A DNA stretch of 64,000 nucleotides from a virus. A program made the translations under genes and the position numbers. The stretch lies in IMG/VR virus record IMGVR_UViG_3300042521_002634, positions 34,427 through 98,426 of that record. The stretch is one strand, 5' to 3'. The notes beneath the pieces are model-generated. The model had not been told where the DNA came from, searched no databases, and saw nothing but the letters and a program-made list of their open reading frames with translations. Positions 35,704 through 45,439 of the stretch are shown here, piece after piece (position 1 is the stretch's first letter; each line of letters begins with the position of its first letter).

Positions 35704-36659
35704 GATTCAGCCTCTGTTCGTTCTTCTGTGCTCGTGCTCGATAGTTCTCTAGGTTCGTTATTTTCGCCGTCACTATTGTCTCTTTCGATCGATGACTCTG
35801 ATTCACTAACTCCAGCGTCGACTAGTCGAGACGCGACCTCGATCGCGCTTCTCGATAAACGAGCTAGACGATCTGCTACTATATCAGCTGCACTGCGCGA
35901 ATCGGTGACATTCAAATTGGCGTCGACTTCAACTCCTCCACGAACTCCAGCTCGATCAAGAATCTCGGTTGAGGCCTTCAACTTCACCGGCTCGCTAAGA
36001 GCGTTCTCCATAAGATCTTCGAGAACGTCAACAGCGTACGGCGCTGCCTGTACTAGCTTTGCTCGAGCGCGCTCTATATTTTCACCGGGCTTACGCTGAA
36101 CTGAGCCCAGATGAATACGACAGTAGCCGTCGTCCTTCGCGCGGCCAGACGCCCAGAGCATACAGCGAATGCCGTCTTCCTTGACATGACGACAACGCGT
36201 TGGCATCGCCGCTGGTTTTCTTCTGCTACCTGCAGGAAGGCCACCTTCGTTCTGTTCTTTTATCCAGTTGCGAGTAGCGCCGATTACCCAAGGTGGAACG
36301 AGATAGTCAGCCGCAGATTCCGCGAGTAGATCGAGGCCGGTAATGTAATCAGAGTTGACTCGGTCTGGGTCAACTAGAATTGGTTTCTTCTCTGTGAGCG
36401 AGAGCATTCTTCTGGCCTTGGCCATCTCGTCGCTGCGAGCTTGAATAAGACCGGTCGGCACTCCGTTAGAAGCATAGACCGGATCCCAGCCCATCTTGTG
36501 TCGACGAAGAATCGCGCGGTTCTCGTAGTTGTCGTGACAGATGCCGCGCTCTACTTCCTCGATGCCAAGTGCTTCGAGTTGCGGGCGGATATTTATCGGA
36601 GAGTCAACCTGAAGCTCTGGACGCTCAGGCTCTAAAGACAGTGGCTCGAGTTCGCTCAT
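35700..36659 (-). CDS. Zn-finger plus helical protein, terminase small subunit-like
   Basis: C...DGIRC...CRIHLG followed by APYAVDVL...VKLKASTEILDRAG. Confidence 0.55.
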   Translation of the reverse strand: MSELEPLSLEPERPELQVDSPINIRPQLEALGIEEVERGICHDNYENRAILRRHKMGWDPVYASNGVPTGLIQARSDEMAKARRMLSLTEKKPILVDPDRVNSDYITGLDLLAESAADYLVPPWVIGATRNWIKEQNEGGLPAGSRRKPAAMPTRCRHVKEDGIRCMLWASGRAKDDGYCRIHLGSVQRKPGENIERARAKLVQAAPYAVDVLEDLMENALSEPVKLKASTEILDRAGVRGGVEVDANLNVTDSRSAADIVADRLARLSRSAIEVASRLVDAGVSESESSIERDNSDGENNEPRELSSTSTEERTEAES

Positions 36660-36690
36660 GTGAATGTACTACGTTTTAGATGTGAAGTGA

Positions 36691-36726
36691 AGAGCCCGGG
36701 CGGGGAGAGAGCGGTACCCGGGCTCT
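36691..36726 (-). terminator. Hairpin terminator AGAGCCCGGG...CCCGGGCTCT
   Basis: 10-bp inverted repeat after 36742..36933. Confidence 0.65.
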
Positions 36727-36741
36727 TCGTCTTGTGCAGAA

Positions 36742-36933
36742 TTACTTCGCGCCGAACAAACGAGCAAAGAAGCCAGGCTTCTTTTTCGCTGAAACTGGAG
36801 CTGAAGGTGGAGTTAGCACTGGAGCTGGAGTTGGAGTTGAAGCTACAACTGGAGCATCTGTGCGGAGTTCTGCTTTCTTCTTTGGAGCTGCAGCTTTCTT
36901 CGGAGCTGGAGCTTTTTTCTTTGCTGTTGTCAT
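36742..36933 (-). CDS. Small Lys/Ala/Pro-rich protein
   Basis: AKKKAPAPKKAAAPKKK...KPGFFARLFG. Confidence 0.65.
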   Translation of the reverse strand: MTTAKKKAPAPKKAAAPKKKAELRTDAPVVASTPTPAPVLTPPSAPVSAKKKPGFFARLFGAK

Positions 36934-36962
36934 GGAGGTGATTTTTCCTTGTTTGGTTGTGA

Positions 36963-37163
36963 TTACTTTGACCCGCGGCCAAAGGCTTTGTCTTTTGGAT
37001 TTAGGTAGCGTGCTGCTGAAGGAACTACTGCAGCAACTCCCGCTGCCCAGAGTGCCGACGGATCCGTGTTACCTGAGAGGTACACTGCGATCGCCGCAGA
37101 GATGAACGAACGAACGTAAGAGGCGACAAGCTTCTTATTCGCTTCACTCAAGAATGCTTCCAT
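36963..37163 (-). CDS. Holin-like membrane protein
   Basis: SYVRSF.SA.IAVYL...RYLNPKDKAFG. Confidence 0.6.
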   Translation of the reverse strand: MEAFLSEANKKLVASYVRSFISAAIAVYLSGNTDPSALWAAGVAAVVPSAARYLNPKDKAFGRGSK

Positions 37164-37349
37164 ATTTTCATTTCTCCTTAGTGAGCCTTCGGATGAGAGC
37201 TCAGGGTAAGTATACAACAGAGAAGAGGATGCGAGAGTTTTTTGAGTGAGAGAGGAGATTGGACCTGCCTCTCGGATGTCTTTTAGAAACAGGGTTTTGA
37301 CGGTTGAAAAGTCTGCTCAAGAAAATGCTTCTGAGAATGGCTTAGCGGA

Positions 37350-37424
37350 TGGAGCCCTCGGTCAGGATTGAACTGACGACCTACCGCTTACAAGGCGGTT
37401 GCTCTACCACTGAGCTACAAGGGC
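37350..37424 (-). tRNA. trnT: tRNA-Thr(UGU) with encoded CCA
   Basis: GCCCTTG-TA-GCTC-AGTGGTA-GAGC-A-ACCGC-CTTGTAA-GCGGT-AGGTC-GTCAG-TTCAATC-CTGAC-CGAGGGC-T-CCA. Confidence 0.95.
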
Positions 37425-37435
37425 GTGTGTTTTTT

Positions 37436-37523
37436 GTGCGCAGTCTTGGACTCGAACCAAGAAACCTACCGCCCAACCATGGGGTCATGGACGCGGTTGC
37501 TCTACCGTTAATGCTACTGCGCG
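37436..37523 (-). ncRNA. tRNA-like RNA with a 20-nt hairpin-containing insert in place of the anticodon loop
   Basis: Acceptor GCGCAG/CTGCGC, GGTAGAGC D-arm half, ACCGC/GCGGT stem, TTCGAGT T-loop; no CCA. Confidence 0.65.
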
Positions 37524-37527
37524 GTTA

Positions 37528-37785
37528 TTATCTTAGCGGAGATTCTCCTCTGACGATGTCCAAGGCTCTTCTCAATCCGAGACTATAGAGTGTCTTGTCG
37601 TCGTCCGACATTTTCTCTTCCCAGTCTTTTATTAGTTCCGTTAGTTGATCCTCAATTGATTTCATAAACGCGTCAACTGGAGTCACGACAGCTTCTGCGA
37701 TCTGCTCAACGGAGGGCTTCTCGTTGTTCACCATCGCGACTGTTATATCTTTAATTATCGTAGAAATGAGCTCTTGTTTCTTCAT
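37528..37785 (-). CDS. Hypothetical protein
   Basis: 85 aa, ATGA overlap. Confidence 0.7.
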   Translation of the reverse strand: MKKQELISTIIKDITVAMVNNEKPSVEQIAEAVVTPVDAFMKSIEDQLTELIKDWEEKMSDDDKTLYSLGLRRALDIVRGESPLR

Positions 37786-38453
37786 ACTTCGTAAACCGTC
37801 TCCTTGTGATGTCTAACCTTTATCGTCGGATCTATCCAGATTTTATATCCTGACTGCTGAGCTTTGGCGCACCATGAGTAGTCTTCTCCAACGTTCACCC
37901 TCATCTCAGATTCAGAGCTCCACTGCAGTCTTGCGATGAGAAACCAAGGTCTTGGCATATTTTCAAAGACTCCAGATTTCACCGCAAGAAACCCAAAGCC
38001 GACGCCGCCAACTTCAACAGGAAGATCGTGGAGGAGGAACTCGACCTTGTTCACTCGCTTGGGCACACCTCGATCGTCTGGGTAATTGACCGCTACTGTG
38101 CCTGCGGTATCTAAAACGTACAGCCCGGAAACGATGTCCTTGTCTGACTGAAGGAGCTTCACAAAGTCGTGAGCATCCCACTCGATATCTGAGTCGATCC
38201 ACACGATCTTGTCGTAGGTGAATTCTCCACCGGCGATCTGATTTGAGTCGTAGTCGTGCTGCCACTTGTCGATAGCGGTCAGCTCTCGTGCCGTCGGCAC
38301 AAACGACGAGTACTTGTTCAAAAATGTGTAATTAAGTCCAAGCGAGTTAAGTACTCGAGTTGTCTTAACCAAACTCTGTACGTACTCGGCATGAAACATT
38401 CTGCCGGGTGTGGCGATTACGACGTTGAAGTGCACTATATAGCCGTAAAGCAC
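37782..38453 (-). CDS. GT-A fold glycosyltransferase
   Basis: VVIATP, WIDSD, VSGLY, GFGFL, GEDYSWC...G.KIWIDP. Confidence 0.85.
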   Translation of the reverse strand: MLYGYIVHFNVVIATPGRMFHAEYVQSLVKTTRVLNSLGLNYTFLNKYSSFVPTARELTAIDKWQHDYDSNQIAGGEFTYDKIVWIDSDIEWDAHDFVKLLQSDKDIVSGLYVLDTAGTVAVNYPDDRGVPKRVNKVEFLLHDLPVEVGGVGFGFLAVKSGVFENMPRPWFLIARLQWSSESEMRVNVGEDYSWCAKAQQSGYKIWIDPTIKVRHHKETVYEV

Positions 38454-38941
38454 TCACGGCACAACAGTGCGTTTAGCGCGGATGCTTCATTCTTTTTGTA
38501 GACTCCAGTAGTTCCTTGACCAATCGGAGTTGGAATAATCTTGTCGGTCGGCTGCTCGCATCTATCGCACACGATTGGCACGATCCACTCGAACGATTTG
38601 CCTCGCTTAAGCGCCTCGGCCATTCCGCGACTCAAGGCGTGCTCAGCGCCGGGACCTTCCGTTTTACGAAGAAAGCATCGGGTATCATTTGTCTTAATTA
38701 CCGGACGCGCGTTCTTGCACGGGCAGTGCATGGCCGACGGTTTGCACACGACCTGCCCACGACCCTCGACGATCGTATGCTTGTGCATCGCGTGGCCACA
38801 GACGCAGATCCTCTGGTCTCGAGGACCATTCTCTCGTCTAATCTCAGTAGCCTCTTCAATTTCCTCAAGCGAGACTCCCAGAATTGCCATGGCCTTTTCC
38901 GTCGCTACTCGAGCGGATTCAACAGATTCAACGTCACTCAT
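38435..38941 (-). CDS. Cys/His-rich zinc-binding protein
   Basis: CVCGH...H, CPC, CDRC, CREC. Confidence 0.7.
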   Translation of the reverse strand: MSDVESVESARVATEKAMAILGVSLEEIEEATEIRRENGPRDQRICVCGHAMHKHTIVEGRGQVVCKPSAMHCPCKNARPVIKTNDTRCFLRKTEGPGAEHALSRGMAEALKRGKSFEWIVPIVCDRCEQPTDKIIPTPIGQGTTGVYKKNEASALNALLCRECFTAI

Positions 38942-39039
38942 TTTTTGTCCGTTCTGTACATTTTTTATTGTACACGTTATTGTGTACAGACATCATTGTA
39001 TCACGGCATCGACTATAAAGTATTACTGACTATACAAAA

Positions 39040-39690
39040 GTAACTATATTTTTGCATACTACTATTTTCAACTATAGTTCTCGTTACCCCTATACGTATA
39101 CGTATACGTGTATACTAAAAATAATTGAATATAGTAGTATGCTATATAGTTAATATAGTCAGTACTAAGACACTTTGTTGTGCGCGCACACAGAAAATCC
39201 CCTAGTACACTTTTTTCCCTCTCTCTTTCTTTTTTCTTCGTTCTCTTCTTCCTTAGTCAATAACTGCGGCGAAAAACTGCAACTAGGCCCCAAATTCCTA
39301 ACGTACTATACTTGCCCTCTACTCCTCTTCTCACCTCTTCGCACAAGAATAGTACCTTAGGAGCGGCGAACTTTTGACGTCCCAAGAGTGCCTTCCCCTC
39401 CCTCTCCTCCTCCTCCGCTTTCTCTTCTACTAGCGAAATAACCGCGGCGAAAAAATAGCGTCAAAGCATCCCTTCTTCCCCTTCCTCCGCGGCGATAGAA
39501 GAGAGGGCGGTAGGCGCAAGAGCACCCCAAGCGCAGACAGTGACAGCAGTGACGAAGGCGTTCTTCTATAGAAATAACTGCGGCGAAAAATTCAACCTTA
39601 TATATCTCTTCTTCCTCCGCCTCCGCCGTAGAAATAGTTGGCGGAAGAGAGTTCTCGCCGGGGCGGAGAGTAGATATGATTTGACACATC
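39040..39690. other. Large divergent non-coding region, candidate replication origin or packaging/terminus region
   Basis: AT-rich block with palindrome TATACGTATACGTATA (39091-39106); AATAACYGCGGCGAAAAA at 39259, 39437, 39573; strand switch. Confidence 0.5.
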
Positions 39691-39927
39691 ATGCGATACA
39701 CAGAAGAAGACAGACACGCTAGAGCTCTTCGCAGAGTAAAGGCATGTGTTGAAACGCTGTGCAACGTCGCCGATGATCTTGACGATCCTGAGGAGATCTC
39801 GCGCAGAGCGGATCTGCTTATCGCGATTGAAGATCTTGGAGACGTGACTAGTTATCTAGTAGACGCGACACGAGTCATCGCATGGCGTGACGTTGTACAC
39901 GAACCTTCTGAGGAAAACTACGAATAG
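39691..39927 (+). CDS. Small hypothetical protein
   Basis: 78 aa; TATGAT shortly upstream. Confidence 0.6.
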   Translation: MRYTEEDRHARALRRVKACVETLCNVADDLDDPEEISRRADLLIAIEDLGDVTSYLVDATRVIAWRDVVHEPSEENYE

Positions 39928-39938
39928 CAAGGAATAGA

Positions 39939-42900
39939 GTGCGAAAAGCTCGATCTGTCTGGGGGAGAGAGCAAAAAGCATTTAGTAAAATAATTAGAAG
40001 CGGAGCGTGGATTCTCGTACCCGCTGCACTGATCGCGCTTGTCATGCCGCCCGTGACGTCAGTTCAGGCCGCCACTATCTCGAATATCTCGAACACAGGT
40101 TTTGAGGATGGAACTTTCACTGGTTGGAACAAAGGTTCTCAGACAGGAACGTTAGGCAACACGATAACTGGCAACGGTAGTGGCGTAACTATATTTACTG
40201 GTTCTCGTACTTTTACTCACGGCTCTAGAGGTGCTGTTGGAAGTCCGTCTAGTCCGTATTACGCACCAGCAGTTGCTTCTGGCAGTTGGACATTCTCCCC
40301 TAATAACGGAACAAATGCTGTTCTGCTTCAACCCAAAGGTGAACAGACTTTTGACCAAGCGGCAAGTGCTTTGAGCCTTTCGGCTGGCTCGGTAACAGAA
40401 ATCAAAAACATGCTTACATCGCAGGCGCAAGCATCAGGCAACGGTCAAGGTACACCGACAGACGCAGCATGGATAACTCGTGAAGTGGAACTTACAGCAG
40501 GAACGACATATACAATGGCGTGGAACTATGTCGGAACTGACTATGTTCCTTTTAACGATGGCTCTATCACATCACTCATTCCTGTGACTGTTACTGGCAC
40601 TCCAGTAGTAACGGTAAACAACTATGTCAAGCAATACGCACTTCTTGGATTCACCAATCCTGGCACTGGCGACTACTCAACAAATTCTTATGGCTCTACG
40701 GGTTGGCAAACTTCAACATATCAAGTCTCTATAAGCGGTACTTATAAACTTGGTTTTGCTTCGTTTAACCTTGACGATTCAGGCTTACCTCCAGCGCTGA
40801 TGGTTGACAGCGAGGCTGGCTCCACTGAGCGTTGCATTTCTGGAACCTGTACATCATTTGGTGGAGTTGCATCAAATAATGAAACTGCTCCAACGGTTGC
40901 GCCTACAACTACAACTACTGTTGCCCAAACCACTACTACCAGTAGTACAACTACCACAAGTACTACGACGACAACTACTACAACTACTACGATTCCTGCA
41001 CCAACATCGCTCGAAGTTACGAGTCTCTTAGATGATGGTTCAAGCGGAACTCTTCGCTGGGCAATCACCCAAGCGAATGCAACCGCAGGTGGAATCTACG
41101 ACGCAATCACTTTTGATATTGATGGCACAATCACCTTGACCAGTGCGCTCCCTCAAGTTACACAAAACCTCACAGTCACAGGAAACGGAAGAACACAGAC
41201 AATAATTGATGGAAACAATCTCTATCGCCCATTCAATATTGCAAGCACCAAGTCACTGACCATTTCGGACATGACTTTAAAGCAAGGACAAGCAACTAAC
41301 GGCGGTCTGATACTTAATGGTTCGGGCACTTTGTCTGCCACCAACATTCGCTTCACTGGAATGAGTGGAGGCTCTGCGGTATTTAACAATAACAATGGCT
41401 CTGTCTCAACCCTAACGAATACAACATTTGACTATCTATATATTGGTATTGCTGGAGACTATGGTTCAACGCCATCGGCTTTAAGTCAAACGGATTCTGA
41501 TTACACAAATCGCACATACGTTTATGATTCGGTTTTTTCTAATAACACCTACGGAATATCTGGACAAAGATTTTTCAAGATAAACAACACGCAATTTTCC
41601 AACAATACACAGGCTGGCGCTTCGTTGAATGGGCTCAACCGTCAACAGGTAACCAACTCGACATTTACTTCAAACGGTATTGGCTTGTATTTCTCGTCTT
41701 GGATTCCAACAAGTTGGGCTGTTGGCGCTGGCAACCAAACAGTTTCAGGTAGTACATTCAACGGCAACACCACTGCTATTCAATTTGCAAACTCTTGGAA
41801 CAACGGGTCAACCAGTTACAACGGAGCAAGCGCAAACTCGTTCTCAACAGCCAGTGGAAATACATTTGGCGTTACTGCGCTAAACACAAACAATTTCTCT
41901 GGCTCTGGGTATGTGGAGTCCAACAACACAATCACTGCGGCTTACCTGAATCCAGTTACGAACTTGACGGCTGTTGCAAACGCAGACGGAAGTGTTGACC
42001 TTGATTGGGATGCATCGGCGGCAAGCAATTGCGTCATCTACGGTTACTCAGTTAGTTTCTACGACCTCACCGTAATTGGTGGAGCAACATCAGGTGGCTG
42101 GGGCGTTTGGACTAATCAAGGAACCAACTACTCGTTGAGCACTGGGATGTTTTCTGGCAGTAACCCTGTCACGACAGGATATGGACCAGTTCGTTTTGGT
42201 ATCAAAGCAATGACGGGCGGGTGTGTTGGGGTTGGAACTGGTAGTTGCACCTATGGCCCTGAAGTAACTATTGATGCAACAGTTATTGACCCGACTCCCG
42301 TAACAACTACTACCACTAGTACAACTACAACAGTTCCCTATCAGCCCGTTCCAGGTCCCAATAATCCTGGTCAATCCGATAACGGAGGCGACTCTTCGCC
42401 AACTGATACAACAGAACCACCATACATAATCCCATTACCTGAAACAGAATCCACAACGGTGACGCTTCCAACAGAAACATTACCTGGAACCGAATTGCCA
42501 ACAGTAACCATCCCAGAAGAGTGGGAATCAACAGAAACAACTTTACTACCAATTGAAGTAGACCCAACAGAAACTGAAACGGTAGTAGTAATAATTCCAC
42601 CAGATGATTATACCGTCACAGACATAGAAGACGACGAGCCAATCACAACGGTCATATTGGACAATATTCTTGAAAATACGTTCACTACTGATATTGAGGC
42701 TGACGAGGTTGGCGCTGTTCTTGACACGCTCCTTGGCGCAGAACTTACCGACGCTCAATTTGACAATGTCCTAGAAGCCGTGTTTACCGAAGATGTTTCG
42801 GCAGATGTATTCACTGAAGCACTGACGACGATGCTGGATGCAGACATCACCAGCGAACAGTTGACAGTAGTTTTGGATTCAGCATTCTCGGAGGATACTT

Positions 42901-43868
42901 CTGCTGAGAATATGGTGTCGGCTTTGGTGTCAATCTTTGATGGTCCGCTTAGTTCTGGTGACCTAGACAAAGTTATGGACGCAGTATTTGACGAGGACAT
43001 TTCGGCTGCAGACACTATGACCGTACTTGACGACTTGCTTGAAACAAATCTCAGTCAAGCAGAAACAGAAGCAATCTTTGACAGCGTGTTTGACGATGAC
43101 CTTTCCGATGCAGAAACCATTGACCTTATCGTTGATGTATTGAAAGACGGTCTTACCGCAGACAATTTGGGCGCCGCACTTGATGCAGTCTTTGACGAAG
43201 AAGTAAGCACCGAGGTTTTGATTGAAACCTTTACCGCAGTCTTGGGTAATGAACTTAACGAAGAGTCGCTCGGCGTCATCGTGGACGTCTTGGAATCGGA
43301 CACGATTACGGGCGAGCAAGTTGGACAAGTTGTCACATTGGTAATTCAACAGGAAGGTGGTATTCCTAGTGACCAAGCAACGGAACTGGCAACGAGCTCC
43401 AAAGTGCTTGAAAGCATTGACGGCGAACAAGCGACAGAAGTGTTTGCCGCAATCGTTGTTGCCGAGGTCTCGCAAGAAGCGGGTACTGAAATTGCCGAGG
43501 CACTTGCGGGAGCTGTAACAGAAGTAAAAGAAGCATTCCAAGAAGAAATCAATGTGTTTGCTGGAGTATTTGACACGTATGTCCCAGTTGACTCTAGCGT
43601 TGATGTTGGAACTCGTCGTTCTCTTGTCGCTGCAGCTGCAGCCGTATCAACCATGGCCGTGGCTGGCACCGCGGCTGCGGGAGCCCCTAGCGCGCCTAGC
43701 GGCGGCAGTTCGGGCAGTGGCAGTGGCAGCGTTAGTGACAGCAACAACGCAGCACGAAAAGAGAATGAAGCCGAGCAAGAAGCTGCAGGAGAGATTGCAG
43801 GTGGAGAAGAAGACGAAGATGACAAAGAGTTTACCCGTAACAGTATCTACAAATATATCGAGGAGTAA
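39939..43868 (+). CDS. Large secreted/surface protein (carbohydrate-binding-like, beta-helix, FN3-like, Thr linkers, acidic helical repeats)
   Basis: Signal/TM; poly-Thr; VTSLLDDGSSGTLRWAI; STFxxN repeats; PVTNLTAV...LDW; VLDAVFDED repeats. Confidence 0.75.
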   Translation: MRKARSVWGREQKAFSKIIRSGAWILVPAALIALVMPPVTSVQAATISNISNTGFEDGTFTGWNKGSQTGTLGNTITGNGSGVTIFTGSRTFTHGSRGAVGSPSSPYYAPAVASGSWTFSPNNGTNAVLLQPKGEQTFDQAASALSLSAGSVTEIKNMLTSQAQASGNGQGTPTDAAWITREVELTAGTTYTMAWNYVGTDYVPFNDGSITSLIPVTVTGTPVVTVNNYVKQYALLGFTNPGTGDYSTNSYGSTGWQTSTYQVSISGTYKLGFASFNLDDSGLPPALMVDSEAGSTERCISGTCTSFGGVASNNETAPTVAPTTTTTVAQTTTTSSTTTTSTTTTTTTTTTIPAPTSLEVTSLLDDGSSGTLRWAITQANATAGGIYDAITFDIDGTITLTSALPQVTQNLTVTGNGRTQTIIDGNNLYRPFNIASTKSLTISDMTLKQGQATNGGLILNGSGTLSATNIRFTGMSGGSAVFNNNNGSVSTLTNTTFDYLYIGIAGDYGSTPSALSQTDSDYTNRTYVYDSVFSNNTYGISGQRFFKINNTQFSNNTQAGASLNGLNRQQVTNSTFTSNGIGLYFSSWIPTSWAVGAGNQTVSGSTFNGNTTAIQFANSWNNGSTSYNGASANSFSTASGNTFGVTALNTNNFSGSGYVESNNTITAAYLNPVTNLTAVANADGSVDLDWDASAASNCVIYGYSVSFYDLTVIGGATSGGWGVWTNQGTNYSLSTGMFSGSNPVTTGYGPVRFGIKAMTGGCVGVGTGSCTYGPEVTIDATVIDPTPVTTTTTSTTTTVPYQPVPGPNNPGQSDNGGDSSPTDTTEPPYIIPLPETESTTVTLPTETLPGTELPTVTIPEEWESTETTLLPIEVDPTETETVVVIIPPDDYTVTDIEDDEPITTVILDNILENTFTTDIEADEVGAVLDTLLGAELTDAQFDNVLEAVFTEDVSADVFTEALTTMLDADITSEQLTVVLDSAFSEDTSAENMVSALVSIFDGPLSSGDLDKVMDAVFDEDISAADTMTVLDDLLETNLSQAETEAIFDSVFDDDLSDAETIDLIVDVLKDGLTADNLGAALDAVFDEEVSTEVLIETFTAVLGNELNEESLGVIVDVLESDTITGEQVGQVVTLVIQQEGGIPSDQATELATSSKVLESIDGEQATEVFAAIVVAEVSQEAGTEIAEALAGAVTEVKEAFQEEINVFAGVFDTYVPVDSSVDVGTRRSLVAAAAAVSTMAVAGTAAAGAPSAPSGGSSGSGSGSVSDSNNAARKENEAEQEAAGEIAGGEEDEDDKEFTRNSIYKYIEE

Positions 43869-43871
43869 GTT

Positions 43872-44069
43872 ATGAAAAGAAAATTCAGTCCAGTAGGCTT
43901 TGCTAAAAAGTTCGCAAACGAGACAGCAGCACTCTCATTTACCCTAGCAGGTAGTGTTGTCGTGTTTATCACGCTGTCTGGCGACACTAGACGAATGGCT
44001 ATGATCGCAACTGGAGTTGCTTTGTTCGTCCATTACGTTCATGTAATGCTCAAGAACGACATGGAGTAG
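43872..44069 (+). CDS. Two-TM membrane protein, in frame with the upstream gene
   Basis: GAGGAG RBS; two hydrophobic helices. Confidence 0.7.
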   Translation: MKRKFSPVGFAKKFANETAALSFTLAGSVVVFITLSGDTRRMAMIATGVALFVHYVHVMLKNDME

Positions 44070-44156
44070 CTCAACACTATTTCTCTTTGTGTGCACTTTT
44101 GTGCTTTATATGGTTGTATAATCATTGTATAACGCACATATGCTACAGGAGAAATA

Positions 44157-44651
44157 ATGACATCTGAAGAAAAGAACAACTTAGTCGCAGAATACGCAGA
44201 AAGAATCAAGCCAATACTGTCTCTTGCCAAAAGAGCGTATGGTTCTAGAGCGCAGACGTCTCCTGCGCATGTTGCCAGTGCCGAGTACACTCGGTTACTT
44301 GTTGATTTTGTTGACAAAAAAGGAAGTCTGCTAAGTCTAGCCAATGAGCTTGGAGTCGCGTACTCTGGACTTCGCCGTCGCGTCATGACTGCGGGTCTCA
44401 CTCCAAAATCAGCAGGAAGAAAGAGTGCATCAAAAACTACTCCAGCTACTGACGAGCTGCTCGCTAAAATTAAATCAGCGCGGGCTGAAGGAACACGAGA
44501 ATACTACGAGCAGCTTGCGGCGGCGTACAGCAACGGTGTGTCGCTATCTGCTATAGCACGTGGGCTTGGTCTATCGCACACTTATCCGCTATATTATGGA
44601 ATTCAGCGGCATCAGCTACGTAACCAGCAGAGTCGCTACACAACAAATTAA
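44157..44651 (+). CDS. Tandem HTH DNA-binding protein
   Basis: LLSLANELGVAYSGLRRR; GVSLSAIARGLGLS; TGTATAAT and AGGAG upstream. Confidence 0.75.
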   Translation: MTSEEKNNLVAEYAERIKPILSLAKRAYGSRAQTSPAHVASAEYTRLLVDFVDKKGSLLSLANELGVAYSGLRRRVMTAGLTPKSAGRKSASKTTPATDELLAKIKSARAEGTREYYEQLAAAYSNGVSLSAIARGLGLSHTYPLYYGIQRHQLRNQQSRYTTN

Positions 44652-44659
44652 ATTTTGTA

Positions 44660-45439
44660 ATGGCGCTAAAGGACTTTTCTGTAAGACGTATAAGTGGTTG
44701 CTACTTTGGTGATATACCGCCTACTCCGCTTTCTCATGAAACTCAAGTCCGTTTGCCAGACGCATACGCCGAACTGTTGAATCTTTCACTTGCATACGGT
44801 TATACAATTGGCTATACTCAAGAGCAAAATGGAAAACTAATTCATCATTTGTTTCCAATAAAAAGCACTGAGTCTGAACAGATATCTACGTCATCTAAGG
44901 TAGATCTAGCACTTCACACTGAAACCGCTTTTCATCCTTATAAGCCAGACTACGTAGTTCTTGCGTGTCTTCGCGGCGACAAAAACGCGGCGACAACGTA
45001 CGCTGACGTAAAGACATTAGTCAAATCGCTGAGCGCTCAATCAATAACTGAGCTGCTTAAAACGCAGTACACTACAAGAGTTGATGCAAGTTTTCGGACA
45101 AATGGAGAACAAGACCAACGAGTAGAACTGTCTATACTAGAAGAAACGTCAAATGGATACCAGATAACGCATGATCAAGCGTTTGTTCAAGGAACTAATA
45201 CAAAGGCGCAAACTGCGCTTGACGAGCTAAATAAAGTGATAGCAAGTAACACTGAAGAAGTTACGTTGAGAGCCGGCGATGTTCTTATCATCAATAACAG
45301 TAGAGCAATTCACGGACGTAAGCCATTTAGTCCAAGATATGACGGAACAGACAGGTGGCTTCTTCGTTGTCTCGTCAGAGAAGAGTTGCCGCCAGAGTCT
45401 GAAAGACGCGGCAGTGTTGTTACTACAGAGAGGTTTTAA
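44660..45439 (+). CDS. TauD/clavaminate-synthase-like Fe(II)/2OG dioxygenase
   Basis: LHTETAFHP..PDYV.L.CLR; DVLIINN.RAIHGR.PF.PRYDGTDRWL.R. Confidence 0.88.
   Translation: MALKDFSVRRISGCYFGDIPPTPLSHETQVRLPDAYAELLNLSLAYGYTIGYTQEQNGKLIHHLFPIKSTESEQISTSSKVDLALHTETAFHPYKPDYVVLACLRGDKNAATTYADVKTLVKSLSAQSITELLKTQYTTRVDASFRTNGEQDQRVELSILEETSNGYQITHDQAFVQGTNTKAQTALDELNKVIASNTEEVTLRAGDVLIINNSRAIHGRKPFSPRYDGTDRWLLRCLVREELPPESERRGSVVTTERF

Noticed and set aside
34800-36660. Apparent excess of CTCGAG/TCGA sites in coding sequence
   Set aside because: Cannot be separated from codon bias without a k-mer enrichment calculation
37349-37588. 79-aa + strand ORF
   Set aside because: Antisense to the tRNA and tRNA-like genes
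39357-39764. ORFs within the origin-like region
   Set aside because: Low-complexity translations of purine/pyrimidine tracts and repeats
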